Positions 39,585 through 50,597 of a stretch of DNA of 50,597 bases are shown piece by piece. The notes beneath the pieces are model-generated. The model did no database searches. It saw only the letters and a program-made list of their open reading frames with translations, and was not told the DNA's origin. Each line of letters opens with the position of its first letter. Positions within the stretch are counted from its first letter, which is position 1. The DNA comes from an uncultured Streptococcus sp. (GTDB lineage: Bacteria > Bacillota > Bacilli > Lactobacillales > Streptococcaceae). The stretch spans positions 1-50,597 of the forward strand of contig CAURTW010000001.1 of the NCBI GenBank assembly GCA_963527705.1, read 5' to 3'. Both the position numbers and the translations under genes were made by a program.

Positions 39585-41039
39585 ATGGAATGGACAACTG
39601 AGCGTCGTTACAGACTTTATCAAGATTGGACGCAAGAAGAAATTCAAAATATAAAAGAAAATATGGCACAATCTCCATGGCATACTCATTACCATGTTGA
39701 GCCAAAAACAGGACTTCTCAATGACCCCAATGGCTTTTCTTACTTTGATGGGAAGTGGATTGTCTTTTATCAGAACTTTCCTTTTGGTGCAGCCCACGGT
39801 TTGAAATCTTGGGTTCAATTGGAAAGTGAGGACTTGGTTCATTTCACAGAAACTGGAGTCAAAGTTTTGCCTGACACTCCATTAGATAGCCACGGTGCCT
39901 ACTCTGGTTCTGCCATGCAGTTTGGCGATAACTTATTCCTATTTTATACAGGAAATGTCCGCGATGAAAATTGGATCCGTCACCCATACCAGATTGGGGC
40001 TTTGATGGATAAGGAAGGCAATATTACGAAGATTGACAAGATCTTAATTGACCAGCCGGCAGACTCTACAGACCACTTCCGCGATCCGCAAATTTTTAAT
40101 TTTAAAGGTCAATACTATGCCATCGTCGGTGGACAAGATTTGGAGAAAAAAGGCTTCGTTCGTCTCTACAAGGCTGTGGACAACGACTATACAAACTGGC
40201 AAGCTGTTGGCGACCTTGACTTTGCTAACGACCGCACTGCCTACATGATGGAATGCCCAAATCTAGTCTTTGTAGGCGAGCAACCTGTCCTTCTCTACTG
40301 CCCACAAGGATTGGATAAAGATGTTCTAGACTACGATAATATCTATCCAAATATGTATAAAATCGGGGCTTCCTTTGACCCTGAAAATGCCAAAATGGTA
40401 GATGTGTCTCAACTCCAAAACATGGATTTTGGTTTTGAAGCCTATGCAACCCAAGCATTCAACGCTCCTGATGGACGTGCTCTAGCAGTTAGCTGGCTTG
40501 GTTTGCCAGATGTTTCTTACCCATCTGACCGTTTTGACCACCAAGGAACCTTCTCTTTGGTCAAAGAACTAACTATCAAAGATGGCAAACTCTACCAATA
40601 CCCAGTCGCGACTATCAAGGGCCTTCGTGCTTCTGAAGAAGCCTTCTCAAACCGTACCCAAACCAATAACAGCTACGAACTTGAACTCAACTTGGAAGCC
40701 AATAGTCAGAGCGAGATTGTCTTACTTGCTGATAAAGAAGGCAAGGGACTTGTAATCAACTTTGACCTTGTAAACGGTCAAGTGACAGTGGATCGTAGCC
40801 AAGCTGGTGAACAGTATTCTCAAGAATTTGGGACAACTCGTTCTTGCCCAATCGATCATCAGGCTACTACTGCTACAATTTTCATCGATAACACTGTCTT
40901 TGAAATTTTCATCAATAAAGGAGAAAAAGTATTTTCTGGTCGTGTCTTCCCACATGCAGACCAAAATGGTATCCTGATCAAGTCTGGAAACCCAACTGGA
41001 ACTTACTATGAATTAGATTATGGTCGCAAAACTAACTGA
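39585..41039 (+). CDS. scrB: Sucrose-6-phosphate hydrolase (GH32)
   Basis: NDPNG, YSGSA, FRDP and MECP motifs. Confidence 0.96.
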   Translation: MEWTTERRYRLYQDWTQEEIQNIKENMAQSPWHTHYHVEPKTGLLNDPNGFSYFDGKWIVFYQNFPFGAAHGLKSWVQLESEDLVHFTETGVKVLPDTPLDSHGAYSGSAMQFGDNLFLFYTGNVRDENWIRHPYQIGALMDKEGNITKIDKILIDQPADSTDHFRDPQIFNFKGQYYAIVGGQDLEKKGFVRLYKAVDNDYTNWQAVGDLDFANDRTAYMMECPNLVFVGEQPVLLYCPQGLDKDVLDYDNIYPNMYKIGASFDPENAKMVDVSQLQNMDFGFEAYATQAFNAPDGRALAVSWLGLPDVSYPSDRFDHQGTFSLVKELTIKDGKLYQYPVATIKGLRASEEAFSNRTQTNNSYELELNLEANSQSEIVLLADKEGKGLVINFDLVNGQVTVDRSQAGEQYSQEFGTTRSCPIDHQATTATIFIDNTVFEIFINKGEKVFSGRVFPHADQNGILIKSGNPTGTYYELDYGRKTN

Positions 41040-41985
41040 TGTCGCAAAACTCGCAGGCGTCAGCCCTACTACCGTTTCTCGTGTTATCAATAAAAAAGGT
41101 TATCTATCTGAGAAAACTATTCAAAAAGTAAATGAAGCCATGCGAGAATTGGGCTATAAACCCAACAACCTGGCTCGTAGTCTGCAAGGAAAATCAGCTA
41201 AGTTAATCGGCTTGATTTTCCCCAATATTTCCAATGTTTTCTATGCAGAATTGATTGATAAGCTGGAACACCAACTCTTCAAAAATGGTTATAAGACCAT
41301 CATCTGCAACAGTGAGCACGATTCTGAAAAGGAACGCGAATACATCGAAATGTTAGAAGCCAATCAGGTGGACGGCATCATTTCGGGTAGTCACAACTTG
41401 GGAATCGAAGACTACAATCGCGTGACGGCACCAATTATTTCCTTTGACCGAAATCTGTCACCAGATATTCCTGTCGTCTCCTCTGACAACTACGCTGGTG
41501 GGGTTCTCGCAGCCCAGACCTTAGTCAAGACAGGTGCTCAGTCTATCATCATGATTACAGGGAATGACAATTCCAATTCACCAACTGGACTACGCCACGC
41601 TGGTTTTGCTTCTGTACTCCCAAAAGCTCCTATTATCAATGTTTCCAGTGACTTTTCTCCAGTCAGAAAAGAAATGGAAATCAAGAATATCTTGACCCGT
41701 CAAAAACCAGATGCCATCTTTGCTTCGGATGATTTGACTGCTATTCTAGTCATTAAAATTGCTCAGGAACTGGGAATTTCTGTCCCGGAAGAGCTTAAAA
41801 TAATCGGCTATGATGGCACCTACTTTATCGAGAATTACTATCCTCATTTGACGACTGTGAAGCAACCTTTGGAAGAAATTGCCTGCCTCACTGTTGACCT
41901 ACTCTTGCAAAAGATTGAAGGCAAGGAAGTCGCAACAACTGGTTACTTCTTACCAGTTACTCTATTATCTGGAAAAAGTATTTAA
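41020..41985 (+). CDS. scrR: LacI-family sucrose repressor
   Basis: DVAKLAGVSPTTVSRVIN HTH, overlaps scrB. Confidence 0.93.
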   Translation: MVAKLTDVAKLAGVSPTTVSRVINKKGYLSEKTIQKVNEAMRELGYKPNNLARSLQGKSAKLIGLIFPNISNVFYAELIDKLEHQLFKNGYKTIICNSEHDSEKEREYIEMLEANQVDGIISGSHNLGIEDYNRVTAPIISFDRNLSPDIPVVSSDNYAGGVLAAQTLVKTGAQSIIMITGNDNSNSPTGLRHAGFASVLPKAPIINVSSDFSPVRKEMEIKNILTRQKPDAIFASDDLTAILVIKIAQELGISVPEELKIIGYDGTYFIENYYPHLTTVKQPLEEIACLTVDLLLQKIEGKEVATTGYFLPVTLLSGKSI

Positions 41986-41992
41986 GTACAAG

Positions 41993-42022
41993 AAAACTCA
42001 GACCAATTCGTCTGAGTTTTTT
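41993..42022. terminator. Bidirectional terminator scrR/mvaA
   Basis: aaaactcagac caattc gtctgagttttt. Confidence 0.75.
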
Positions 42023-43295
42023 ATGATCTTAAGTTTTCTAGATAACGTTGGGCAGTCTCGAGATTAAAGATTTTATCTGCAATGAGGCGCTCGACTATGG
42101 GAGCTACCTCGGATTCACTAGCACCTGCGAGAAGTGCCAAGGATTTGGCCTGCAATTTCATGTGGCCTTGCTGAATCCCTGTACTGACCAAGGCTTTCAG
42201 GGCTGCAAAGTTTTGGGCAAGCCCGATAGAAACGATAATCTGAGCTAATTCTTTGGCAGAAGGATTTCCCAGTAGTTCGTGACTAAGGGCTACACGAGGA
42301 TTGAGGCCGATAGAGCCACCCTTGGTTGCTACAGGCATAGGAAGAGTCATTTGACCAACCAATTCTTCTGTCTCCAAGTATAGACGCCAAGAGCTGAGAC
42401 CTTGATAACGGCCATCTCGACTTGCAAAAGCATGGGCCCCGGCTTCGATGGCACGCCAGTCATTACCAGTGGCAATCAAAATGGCATCAATACCGTTAAA
42501 AATCCCTTTATTGTGAGTAGCAGCTCGGTAAGGATCAGCCTGCGCAAACTGACTAGCCAACGCAATTTTCTCTGCAATCTCTCGTCCTTGATCCTTTTGG
42601 CGGCTCAAGTAGCGAAAGGCGATGCGACAGCTTGCAGTCACCAGAGAATCGGTCGCGTAGTTGGACAGGATTCCCATAAGACTTTGCCCCTGACTGAGTT
42701 CTTCTAAGACTGGTTTCAAGGCTTCCAACATGGTGTTGAGCATATTGGCACCCATGGCTTCCTGGGTATCGACATGAAGATAAACGACTAAAAAGTCTGT
42801 TTCGCCTTTTATCTGCTCGACATGCAGATCACGCGCCCCGCCCCCGCGTTTAACAATGGAAGGATAGGCTTGATTGGCAAACTCCAAGAGTTCAGCCTTC
42901 TTGCTAGCAATCTTCTCTTGAGCTTGTTCAGGATCAGCAACTTGATAAAGGGCTACCTGCCCAATCATTTGGCGCTCATGAACCTGTGCAGTAAAGCCAC
43001 CTGAACGCTTGATGATTTTACTGGCATAGCTAGCCGCAGCAACCACGGACGGTTCTTCTGTCACATAGGGAACTGTGTATTCCTGACCGTTAACGAGAAC
43101 CTCTGGGACCAGCGAATAAGGTAAAGAAAAAGTTCCCACCACATTCTCACTCAGCTGGTCTGCAACAGTCACACTCATCTGTTCATCCTGCTCCAAACTC
43201 CCTTGTCTCTCAGGACTAAGGAGCGCCTGAGCTTTTAACAGCTCGAGGCGCTCTTGGTATGATTTTTTAGAAAATCCATTCCAACTTATCTTCAT
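42021..43295 (-). CDS. mvaA: HMG-CoA reductase, class II
   Basis: ENVVG, TEEPSVVAA, EAMGAN, THNKG and GIQQGHM motifs. Confidence 0.95.
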   Translation of the reverse strand: MKISWNGFSKKSYQERLELLKAQALLSPERQGSLEQDEQMSVTVADQLSENVVGTFSLPYSLVPEVLVNGQEYTVPYVTEEPSVVAAASYASKIIKRSGGFTAQVHERQMIGQVALYQVADPEQAQEKIASKKAELLEFANQAYPSIVKRGGGARDLHVEQIKGETDFLVVYLHVDTQEAMGANMLNTMLEALKPVLEELSQGQSLMGILSNYATDSLVTASCRIAFRYLSRQKDQGREIAEKIALASQFAQADPYRAATHNKGIFNGIDAILIATGNDWRAIEAGAHAFASRDGRYQGLSSWRLYLETEELVGQMTLPMPVATKGGSIGLNPRVALSHELLGNPSAKELAQIIVSIGLAQNFAALKALVSTGIQQGHMKLQAKSLALLAGASESEVAPIVERLIADKIFNLETAQRYLENLRS

Positions 43296-44467
43296 TATTT
43301 TTCAACCTTGCTATAACGGCGTTGGTGGTCGACAATTTCAACCAAGGCGTAGTCTTGATGTTCATAGCCTGCAAATTGGGCTGAACCAGACTCATCCAAC
43401 TGCACCTCTTCGAAGAAGACTTTTTCATAGTCTACAACTGACAATGCTGTACGTTGTTTGAGTTTGCTCAAGCGGTCCTTATCAAGGTAAGCCTCATAGC
43501 CTTCGACCAATTCACCACTAAAGAACTCTGAAACCGCGCCGCTTCCGTAACTGTAGAGGGCAATTTTATCTCCAGCCTTCAAAGTCTCTGCATTTTCCAA
43601 AAGGGAGAGAAGCCCGAGGAAGAGGGAACCCGTGTAGATATTTCCAATCATCTGACTGTAAAGGATGGACTTATCAAAGTTCTCTTGCAAACTATCCTGT
43701 TTTTCTTTAGACAAAGTTTTGTCCATCATCTTGCGCAAGCCTTTTAGGGCCAACTTAGGATAAGGCAAGTGGAAGCAGATAGCCGCAAAGTCATCCATCG
43801 TCCAATCATAGCGTTTCTTGTATTCATCCCAAGTCGTTGTCAGGCAATCAAGATACTGTTGGGTCGAGTACATGCCGTTTACATAAGGAGTGCTTGAGTA
43901 GTTCGGACGCCAGAAATCCATGATGTCTCGCGTTTGAGCAACGTTATCATTGTTAAAGGCCATGATGCGCGGATTTTGAGTAATTAGCATCGCCACACTT
44001 CCAGCACCCTGGGTTGGCTCACCTGGAGTTCCCACACCATACTTGGCAATATCACTGGCAATGACCAAAACCTTAGACTCTGGAGAATTTTCCACATGCA
44101 ATTTAGCATAATGAAGGGCAGCTGTCGCTCCATAGCAGGCTTCTTTAATTTCAAAGCTACGGGCGAAAGGCTGAATGCCTAACAAGCCATGAACAAAGAC
44201 TGCCGCTGCCTTACTCTGGTCAATCCCTGACTCGGTCGCCACGATGACCATATCGATTTCTTCTTTTTCTTTGTCTGTTAAAATAGAGTTGCTTGCACTA
44301 GCTGCCAAGGTAACAATGTCCTCAGTCAGTGGCGCAATACTAATTTCATTTAACAAGAGTCCCTTGCTAAATTTTTCGGGGTCAACTCCCCTCGCTTCTG
44401 CTAAGTCTTGTAATTTCAAGACGTATTGACTGGTCGCAAAACCAATCTTATCAATACCGATTGTCAT
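43295..44467 (-). CDS. mvaS: HMG-CoA synthase
   Basis: KEACYG, GEPTQGAG, DFWRP and GNIYTGS motifs. Start MTIGID at 44467 after RBS gaggt. Confidence 0.95.
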   Translation of the reverse strand: MTIGIDKIGFATSQYVLKLQDLAEARGVDPEKFSKGLLLNEISIAPLTEDIVTLAASASNSILTDKEKEEIDMVIVATESGIDQSKAAAVFVHGLLGIQPFARSFEIKEACYGATAALHYAKLHVENSPESKVLVIASDIAKYGVGTPGEPTQGAGSVAMLITQNPRIMAFNNDNVAQTRDIMDFWRPNYSSTPYVNGMYSTQQYLDCLTTTWDEYKKRYDWTMDDFAAICFHLPYPKLALKGLRKMMDKTLSKEKQDSLQENFDKSILYSQMIGNIYTGSLFLGLLSLLENAETLKAGDKIALYSYGSGAVSEFFSGELVEGYEAYLDKDRLSKLKQRTALSVVDYEKVFFEEVQLDESGSAQFAGYEHQDYALVEIVDHQRRYSKVEK

Positions 44468-44580
44468 ATTTACCTCTGTTTTATCATTCATTGTAAAAAA
44501 TCGTTCTATACTATTTTATCACAAATGGCAGTAAAAGAGAGAAAAAAGACTTGATTCACCAAATCAAGTCGCTTATTATT

Positions 44581-45030
44581 CTAACTTTTATGCTGTTTTC
44601 TTAAGTAGGAATAAAATCTGAGAATTACTGTTCCACTAGCCATTCCAATAGAGATTACCAGAGCCAACATGACAACCAAGGTAGCACTCGCAATGGCATG
44701 ATTGTAATCCCCTGTCACAAAAAAGGCAGTTGTCCGATAGGAAAGATAACCCGGAACCAGAGGTGCCAAGATGGCCAAGATAAAGACCACAGCAGGAGTC
44801 TTATAAAGAATACTTAAAATCTGGCTGATACAAGAACCGATAATAGCCGCAATGAAGGTGGCTACGATGACATTGGTCGGTTCTTTAAGCAAGAGATAAA
44901 TCAGCCAGACAGCCATGCCCAAAATTCCTCCTGGTAAGAGCATAGAACGTTGAACATTGAGTACGATTAAAAAAGTGATTATAGCAAGAAGACTTGCTAC
45001 TGCTTGTAATAAAAAGGTTGTTAGTGTCAT
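44581..45030 (-). CDS. Threonine/serine exporter family (ThrE_2) membrane protein
   Basis: PLVPG motif, paired with the upstream ThrE gene. Confidence 0.8.
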   Translation of the reverse strand: MTLTTFLLQAVASLLAIITFLIVLNVQRSMLLPGGILGMAVWLIYLLLKEPTNVIVATFIAAIIGSCISQILSILYKTPAVVFILAILAPLVPGYLSYRTTAFFVTGDYNHAIASATLVVMLALVISIGMASGTVILRFYSYLRKQHKS

Positions 45031-45031
45031 A

Positions 45032-45790
45032 TCAATTCATCAATACCAAGGCGACAGAAGTTCCTGCCCCTAAAGCAAGGGTGATGAGCAGGGATTCAAA
45101 CATCTTGCTCATACCAGAGTTTATGTGGTTAGTCATAATATCACGGACCGCATTGGTCAAGGCAATTCCTGGTACAAAAGGCATGACCGCACCAGCTATA
45201 ATCAAATCTGCCGTTGAGGGAAAGCCTGTGTAGCGCGCCCAAAACTGAGCTATCATCCCAAAGACAAAAGCTCCAGCAAAGGCTGTTACAAAGGGAATTC
45301 GGATAAACTTTTCCACATAGAGGGAAAAGGCAAAACCAAATAAGGTCGCCACTCCTGCCCCGAGTGCGTCGTAGATATTTCCACTAAACATAATTGAAAA
45401 GAAAGGAGCACTAAAGGTCGCAGCCAGAGTCACCTGCAACTTGGTATAAGGAAGAGGTTGGGCTTGCAAAGCCGTCAATTGCTTGAAGGCTGTTTCTAAA
45501 TCAATTTGCCCCCCAACCAGCTGACGAGAAATCTGGTTGACATCGCAGACTTTTTCGATGTTATAAGAAGATGAGGTCACGCGTTTCATTCGCGAAATAT
45601 TGGTATTTTCAATGGAGAAAAAGATGGCAGCAGGCATGGCAAGAACATTGCAATCCACAATCCCCTGCGAATGCGCAATCCGAATCATGGTATCTTCTAC
45701 ACGATGAATCTCTGAGCCACTTTTGAGAAGAATGGTTCCAGCTAACATAATCACATCGATGACGGCATTTAATTCTCTTGATTCTTCCAT
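45032..45790 (-). CDS. Threonine/serine exporter family (ThrE) protein
   Basis: SGSEIHRVEDT and PFVPGIALTNAVRD motifs. Confidence 0.85.
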   Translation of the reverse strand: MEESRELNAVIDVIMLAGTILLKSGSEIHRVEDTMIRIAHSQGIVDCNVLAMPAAIFFSIENTNISRMKRVTSSSYNIEKVCDVNQISRQLVGGQIDLETAFKQLTALQAQPLPYTKLQVTLAATFSAPFFSIMFSGNIYDALGAGVATLFGFAFSLYVEKFIRIPFVTAFAGAFVFGMIAQFWARYTGFPSTADLIIAGAVMPFVPGIALTNAVRDIMTNHINSGMSKMFESLLITLALGAGTSVALVLMN

Positions 45791-45878
45791 ACTTTCCTCC
45801 TTTTATCAACTTCCTCTATTCTATCACAAATCTGGAGTCAAAAAAAATCTTTGCCATGAAATCATGACAAAGATTCAT

Positions 45879-47780
45879 TTAATTACGTGAATTTTCGTGG
45901 CTTCCCTCACTACTTGATTGATTAGTAGAATGAGTATCTCCTCGTTGATTTCCTTGCTGGTTCCCCTGACTTGGTGTTGTAGTAGAACCTTGGTTTCCAC
46001 GTTGGGCTGGTGCTGATGATGATGTTGACGGCGGTGTTTTCGGTTTGTAAATTGAAATCTTGATGCGTGTCTTATTCAAATCTACCTTTTCACCTGCTCT
46101 TGGACTCTGTTCAACGACGGTACCTTCAGCAGTTCCGGAAGGAGCTGTGGTAACTTCTACAACTTCAATGTTGGCTTCTTTAATACCGACAATTTGAACG
46201 AGATTATTTTTAGTAAATTCAAGACTAGATCCTATATAACTTGGCATAACAACACTGGTTACTTTCTTAGCAATAGTTAAAGTAATTGTTGAGGCCTTAC
46301 TCAAATCATAAGTTGTTCCAGCTGACGGGCTCTGTCTAAGAACTGTTCCTTCTTCACTCTCGCTTGATTCTTCTTCCTCTATCTTGATGAGATTTTCAGG
46401 TACCTTCTTCTGCTTGAGTTCTGCGATAACATCGGTCGATTTACGGCCGATATAATTGCTCAATTGGAAAGATTGCTTACCTGATGAGACAACCAAATTG
46501 ATTTTCGTTCCTTCTTTTCGACCAGTTCCAGCGTCAGGATCTGTACGGATAATCCGCCCTTCTTCCACCTTTTCACTAGCCTCTGATTTCTCCTCGCCAA
46601 TCTCAAAATTGGCTTTCTTGAGGGTTTCCTTGGCTTCCGCCACTGTCTTACCTGCCACATCTGGAATGGCAATGGTTGCAGGAGTTCTGGATAGTATCCA
46701 AATAAGAGAAGCTGCCACCAATACAATGCTGGCCAACAAAATCATATAGCGAACTCTAAATTTCCGTTTCTTAACAGGCTTGGTTGCGTAATTGTCCTCT
46801 GAAGCCTGCTGACTCGGCTTCGCAGTCTGTGGCTTTGGACTTTGTGTTTGCACCTTAGGAATCGAAGTCAAGGTACTTTGTGGAACTTTAGGAAGAGTCT
46901 TGGTGTCAGCCTTAGTGGTATCATTAAACACCAATTTAGGCTCATTGCGACGATTATAAGACAAACTACTAGACAAGTCCACATACATCTCTGCAACTGA
47001 CTGATAACGATCTGTCAATTTCTTGGCAGTTGCCTTGATGACAACATTCTCTAAAGTCTGAGGCACAGATGGATTCTCAGCTATAACTGACGGCAGTGGT
47101 TTCTGGAAATGCTGGAGAGCAATGGTCACCGCACTATCCCCGTCATAAGGGATATGGCCTGTCAGCATCTCATAGAAAATAATCCCCATGGCATAGATAT
47201 CACTCTGCACAGTCGCCTTCGAACCACGCGCCTGCTCTGGTGACAAGTAATGAACCGAACCCAGCATAGAGTTAGTCTGGGTCAGACTTGTCTCTGCAAA
47301 GGCTACCGCAATCCCAAAGTCTGTGACTTTGGCAGTCCCATCTGGTGTCAAAAGGATATTTTGAGGTTTCAAGTCCCTATGGACAATTCCTCTGGTATGG
47401 GCCAAACGCATGGCTAGGAGGATTTGTCCCATAATACGGACTGCTTCTTCATTAGAAAGAGGATAGTGTTCCTTGATATAGCGTTTAAGGTCTAGTCCAG
47501 CAACATACTCCATTGCAAGATACTGTTGACCGTCTTCCTCACCAATATCTGTTATCCGAACGATATGAGGATGGTCCAGATCCGCCATAGCTCTCGCTTC
47601 ACGCTGAAAACGAGCCACTGCAATGGGATCTGTTTGGTAGTTGGTCCTCAGGACCTTCACTGCCACTTCTTCCCCGTCTAGGATCAAATCCTTGGCCAAA
47701 TAGACATCTGCCATGCCTCCTCGACCAATCTGTTTCACAATCCGATAGCGTCCGGCAAAAATCTTGCCGATTTGGATCAT
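45879..47780 (-). CDS. stkP: PASTA Ser/Thr kinase
   Basis: [14 protein letters not shown] and DFG motifs, one TM helix, three PASTA repeats. Confidence 0.97.
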   Translation of the reverse strand: MIQIGKIFAGRYRIVKQIGRGGMADVYLAKDLILDGEEVAVKVLRTNYQTDPIAVARFQREARAMADLDHPHIVRITDIGEEDGQQYLAMEYVAGLDLKRYIKEHYPLSNEEAVRIMGQILLAMRLAHTRGIVHRDLKPQNILLTPDGTAKVTDFGIAVAFAETSLTQTNSMLGSVHYLSPEQARGSKATVQSDIYAMGIIFYEMLTGHIPYDGDSAVTIALQHFQKPLPSVIAENPSVPQTLENVVIKATAKKLTDRYQSVAEMYVDLSSSLSYNRRNEPKLVFNDTTKADTKTLPKVPQSTLTSIPKVQTQSPKPQTAKPSQQASEDNYATKPVKKRKFRVRYMILLASIVLVAASLIWILSRTPATIAIPDVAGKTVAEAKETLKKANFEIGEEKSEASEKVEEGRIIRTDPDAGTGRKEGTKINLVVSSGKQSFQLSNYIGRKSTDVIAELKQKKVPENLIKIEEEESSESEEGTVLRQSPSAGTTYDLSKASTITLTIAKKVTSVVMPSYIGSSLEFTKNNLVQIVGIKEANIEVVEVTTAPSGTAEGTVVEQSPRAGEKVDLNKTRIKISIYKPKTPPSTSSSAPAQRGNQGSTTTPSQGNQQGNQRGDTHSTNQSSSEGSHENSRN

Positions 47781-48517
47781 TCTTCATCCTCCTCGTTCAT
47801 AGAAACAAGGGCAACCGTAATATTGTCTAAACCTCCTGCATTGTTAGCAAAACGCACGAGCGTCGCTGTTTTATCTGCCAAAGGAATATCACTGGTTACA
47901 ATATCACAAATCTCACTGCCTGAAATCATGTTGGTTAATCCATCGCTATTAAGTAGGAGATAATCTCCTGTCGCAAGGGTAATCATTCCAAAATCAGGCT
48001 GAATTTCGTCTTTTTGACCAATTGACTGGGTAATAATATTTTTCTGTGGGTGGCTAGCTGCTTCTTCAGGTGTCAATTGACCAGCCTTGAGCAATTCATT
48101 GACCAAAGAATGGTCGCTTGTTAACTGGTGGTATTCTTCTCCACGAATCAAACCGATACGAGAATCCCCAATGTGGGCATAGATAGCCTGATTGCCAATA
48201 ATAGCAACAGCCTCGAGAGTTGTTCCCATTCCTTTATAGGCTTCATCTTGTCCCAATTGGTTAATCCTTTGATTTTCAATCTCAAGGTTGTTAGCAAACC
48301 ATTCACGCACTTCATTAACTGTATCGATTTGAGTATCTACCCAAGCTACACCTAGGTCTGTTACCGCCATTTCACTAGCGATATTCCCTGCACGATGACC
48401 TCCCATACCATCAGCTAGGATAATCATGGTACGTCCAGCTCTATTGACATAGTGGTTGACATAGTCTTGGTTATTTGTTCGTTTCTGACCAACATCTGTT
48501 AATAATGAAATTTCCAT
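47777..48517 (-). CDS. phpP: PP2C-type phosphatase
   Basis: NQD, ADGMGGH, HIGDSR, SDGL and GGLDNIT motifs. Confidence 0.96.
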   Translation of the reverse strand: MEISLLTDVGQKRTNNQDYVNHYVNRAGRTMIILADGMGGHRAGNIASEMAVTDLGVAWVDTQIDTVNEVREWFANNLEIENQRINQLGQDEAYKGMGTTLEAVAIIGNQAIYAHIGDSRIGLIRGEEYHQLTSDHSLVNELLKAGQLTPEEAASHPQKNIITQSIGQKDEIQPDFGMITLATGDYLLLNSDGLTNMISGSEICDIVTSDIPLADKTATLVRFANNAGGLDNITVALVSMNEEDEE

Positions 48518-48531
48518 GTGTTAGTTCCTTC

Positions 48532-49845
48532 CTAATCCGATATCTTGCGAAATTGACTGATGAAGAATCCATCACTTCCATACAATTCAGGTGTAATGAG
48601 GATACAGCCATCTTTCATGATATCCTTACATTCATGTTCTAGTGTTACCTGCTCAAATTCAGGATGACTTTCTAAAAATGCCTGTACGACTTGAAAGTTC
48701 TCCTCTGAGACAATAGTACAGGTACTATAAGTTATTATACCACCTTTGCGTAGTGTTTGACAAACACTACCTAATATTTCTAGCTGAATTTCCTGCAAGG
48801 ACGCGAAATCTGCCGTTTCTTTATTGTATTTGATGTCTGGTTTTCGGCGCAGAAGACCGATTCCTGAACAGGGAGCATCCACCAAAATCTTATCAAAAGA
48901 ATCCTGACCAAAAAACTCATGTACCTTTCTGGCATCCAATTTTTGCCTTTGAATCCGATCTGCAACCCCTAGACGTTGGGCGTTTTCTTGAATTAAGTCC
49001 AACTTATGGTCGTACAAGTCCAGAGCAGTAACCTGACCTGTCGTGAGATAAGAGGCTATATGGGCTGTTTTCCCACCCGGAGCAGCACAGGCATCTAGAA
49101 CCTGCTCATGCCCTTTTAAATCAAGCGTCGGAGCAACCAGCTGACTAGACTCGTCTTGGATAGTAATAGCCCCCTCTGAAAATAGGTCATGTCCCGCAAA
49201 GTGGCCTTGCTCCTTAACCAGACCAGAAACAGACAAAGGTGAAGCACTGGCCTCCAACAAGGTTTGGATTTCCTCTTTTCGGTTTAAATCAGTCACACGA
49301 ATACTGGCCTTGTTGCGCACCAAAAGACTTTCAAAAATAGCTTGCGCTCGCTCCTCTCCGTATTCTTCCTTGAGCTTGGCAACTAGCCAAACTGGGAGAG
49401 AATAGGCAATGGAATCACGCTTGTTTTTTCGTTTGATGCTGGTGATATCTGGCCAGCCTTCACGTAGAATACGACGAAGGACGGCGTTGACCAATTTTTC
49501 ACTGCCTTTTTTACGGACTTTGGCCAATTCTACTGCTTCATTGACCACAGCATGGTCTGGAATCTTGTCCAAATAGCGGAGTTGGTAGGCACTCATGAGG
49601 AGAAGGACGTAGAGCCAGCTGTCTAACTGATCTCTGTCTTCGATAAAGTGGGATAGGTACCATTCCAGAGTCAGTTTACGGGCTACCGTTCCATAGACCA
49701 GCTCGGTCGCCAAACCCTTGTCTGCTGCTGAAAGTTGGCTTCCCTTGAGATGCTTATTTAAGGCGATGTTTGAGTATGCTTGGTTGATAAAGACATCCTC
49801 TAATACTGCTAGGGCTAGACTTCTAGCTGTTTCTACTTTAGTCAC
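48532..49845 (-). CDS. rsmB: 16S rRNA m5C967 methyltransferase (Sun)
   Basis: NusB-like N-terminus, [15 protein letters not shown] and YSTCT. GTG start at 49845 (TTG 49848 possible). Confidence 0.95.
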   Translation of the reverse strand: MTKVETARSLALAVLEDVFINQAYSNIALNKHLKGSQLSAADKGLATELVYGTVARKLTLEWYLSHFIEDRDQLDSWLYVLLLMSAYQLRYLDKIPDHAVVNEAVELAKVRKKGSEKLVNAVLRRILREGWPDITSIKRKNKRDSIAYSLPVWLVAKLKEEYGEERAQAIFESLLVRNKASIRVTDLNRKEEIQTLLEASASPLSVSGLVKEQGHFAGHDLFSEGAITIQDESSQLVAPTLDLKGHEQVLDACAAPGGKTAHIASYLTTGQVTALDLYDHKLDLIQENAQRLGVADRIQRQKLDARKVHEFFGQDSFDKILVDAPCSGIGLLRRKPDIKYNKETADFASLQEIQLEILGSVCQTLRKGGIITYSTCTIVSEENFQVVQAFLESHPEFEQVTLEHECKDIMKDGCILITPELYGSDGFFISQFRKISD

Positions 49846-50597
49846 CAAATCGTTCTCCTACTGTCAATGTCCGTCCAACACCGTTGAGGAAGGAAGCAAT
49901 GTCCATCTTAGGTTTGCCTGCTGGCTGCACTTGTTTGAGAGACAGAGCTCCTACTGCCGTTGCGACAATTAATTCTTTCTTGCCAATAGAGAGGATTTCA
50001 CCTGGATTTCCCTGACCTTCTACTGACAAGGCTTCATAAATTTTAAAGCGGTCGCCTTTAAGGAAAGTGTGGGCAACAGGCCAGGGGTTCATTCCACGGA
50101 TTTGGTTAAAGAGTTGGCGATTGCTTTTAGTCCAATCCAGTTTTTCTTCTTCTGGCTTGATATTTGGAGAGAAAGTAACCTGACTTGGATCCTGCGGTTC
50201 AGGTTTAATATCACCAGCAATATAGGCAGGCAGGGTATCCAGGAGCAAATCACGACCAACTAGCGCCAATTTCTCAAATAAGGTACCAACATTGTCCTCA
50301 TCTGTTATAGGGATGCTGCGACGAGAAATCATATCTCCTGCATCCATTTCCTTGACCATTTCCATAATGGTCACACCAGCTTCCTCATCACCTTGAATCA
50401 AGGCATAATGGATAGGCGCTCCACCACGGTGTTTTGGAAGAAGGGAGGCGTGAACATTGACCGCAAAATCCATGCTATCAAGGAGTTTACTTGGGAGAAA
50501 CTGCCCAAAAGCAGCAGTCACAATTCCATCTGCTCCTAGTTTCATAATAGCTTCCATCTCTGGACTTCCAGATAATTTTTCAGGTTGGTAGATAGGA
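49838..50597 (-). CDS. fmt: Methionyl-tRNA formyltransferase, 5'-truncated by window edge
   Basis: [14 protein letters not shown] and MDAGD motifs. Frame is open to the window end (PIYQPEK). Confidence 0.95.
   Translation of the reverse strand, partial: PIYQPEKLSGSPEMEAIMKLGADGIVTAAFGQFLPSKLLDSMDFAVNVHASLLPKHRGGAPIHYALIQGDEEAGVTIMEMVKEMDAGDMISRRSIPITDEDNVGTLFEKLALVGRDLLLDTLPAYIAGDIKPEPQDPSQVTFSPNIKPEEEKLDWTKSNRQLFNQIRGMNPWPVAHTFLKGDRFKIYEALSVEGQGNPGEILSIGKKELIVATAVGALSLKQVQPAGKPKMDIASFLNGVGRTLTVGERFGD

Noticed and set aside
39442..39842. Minus-strand ORFs in the scrA-scrB region
   Set aside because: They overlap scrB and its promoter/operator, with no coding signature.

Overview
Chromosomal window from a mitis-group Streptococcus (gene order looks S. 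oralis-like; inferred from protein recognition only). Most of it is conserved housekeeping DNA: pepO, psaBCA-tpx-psaR, dtd/rel, msmK, mrnC-cysS-cysE-pnp, metF/metE, scrK/scrA/scrB/scrR, mvaA/mvaS, stkP/phpP/rsmB/fmt. Two BOX repeats are present, one inside a pseudogene. Between metE and a TVP38 gene lies a ~12 kb accessory defence island on the minus strand: hsdR - 859-aa AbiH/SIR2-like gene - hsdS - TIGR04141/DUF6119-like nuclease - hsdM - fic - degenerate fic/wHTH remnant - DUF1722 - TIGR02328. The most striking observation is that the last ~82 residues of the AbiH-like protein are a diverged copy of the C-terminal domain of the neighbouring HsdR. Its architecture is therefore effector - LRR-like repeats - HsdR tail, which suggests an abortive-infection effector that docks on or guards the Type I R-M complex. 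All family assignments come from motif recognition by eye, no database search was run, and GC statements are visual estimates.
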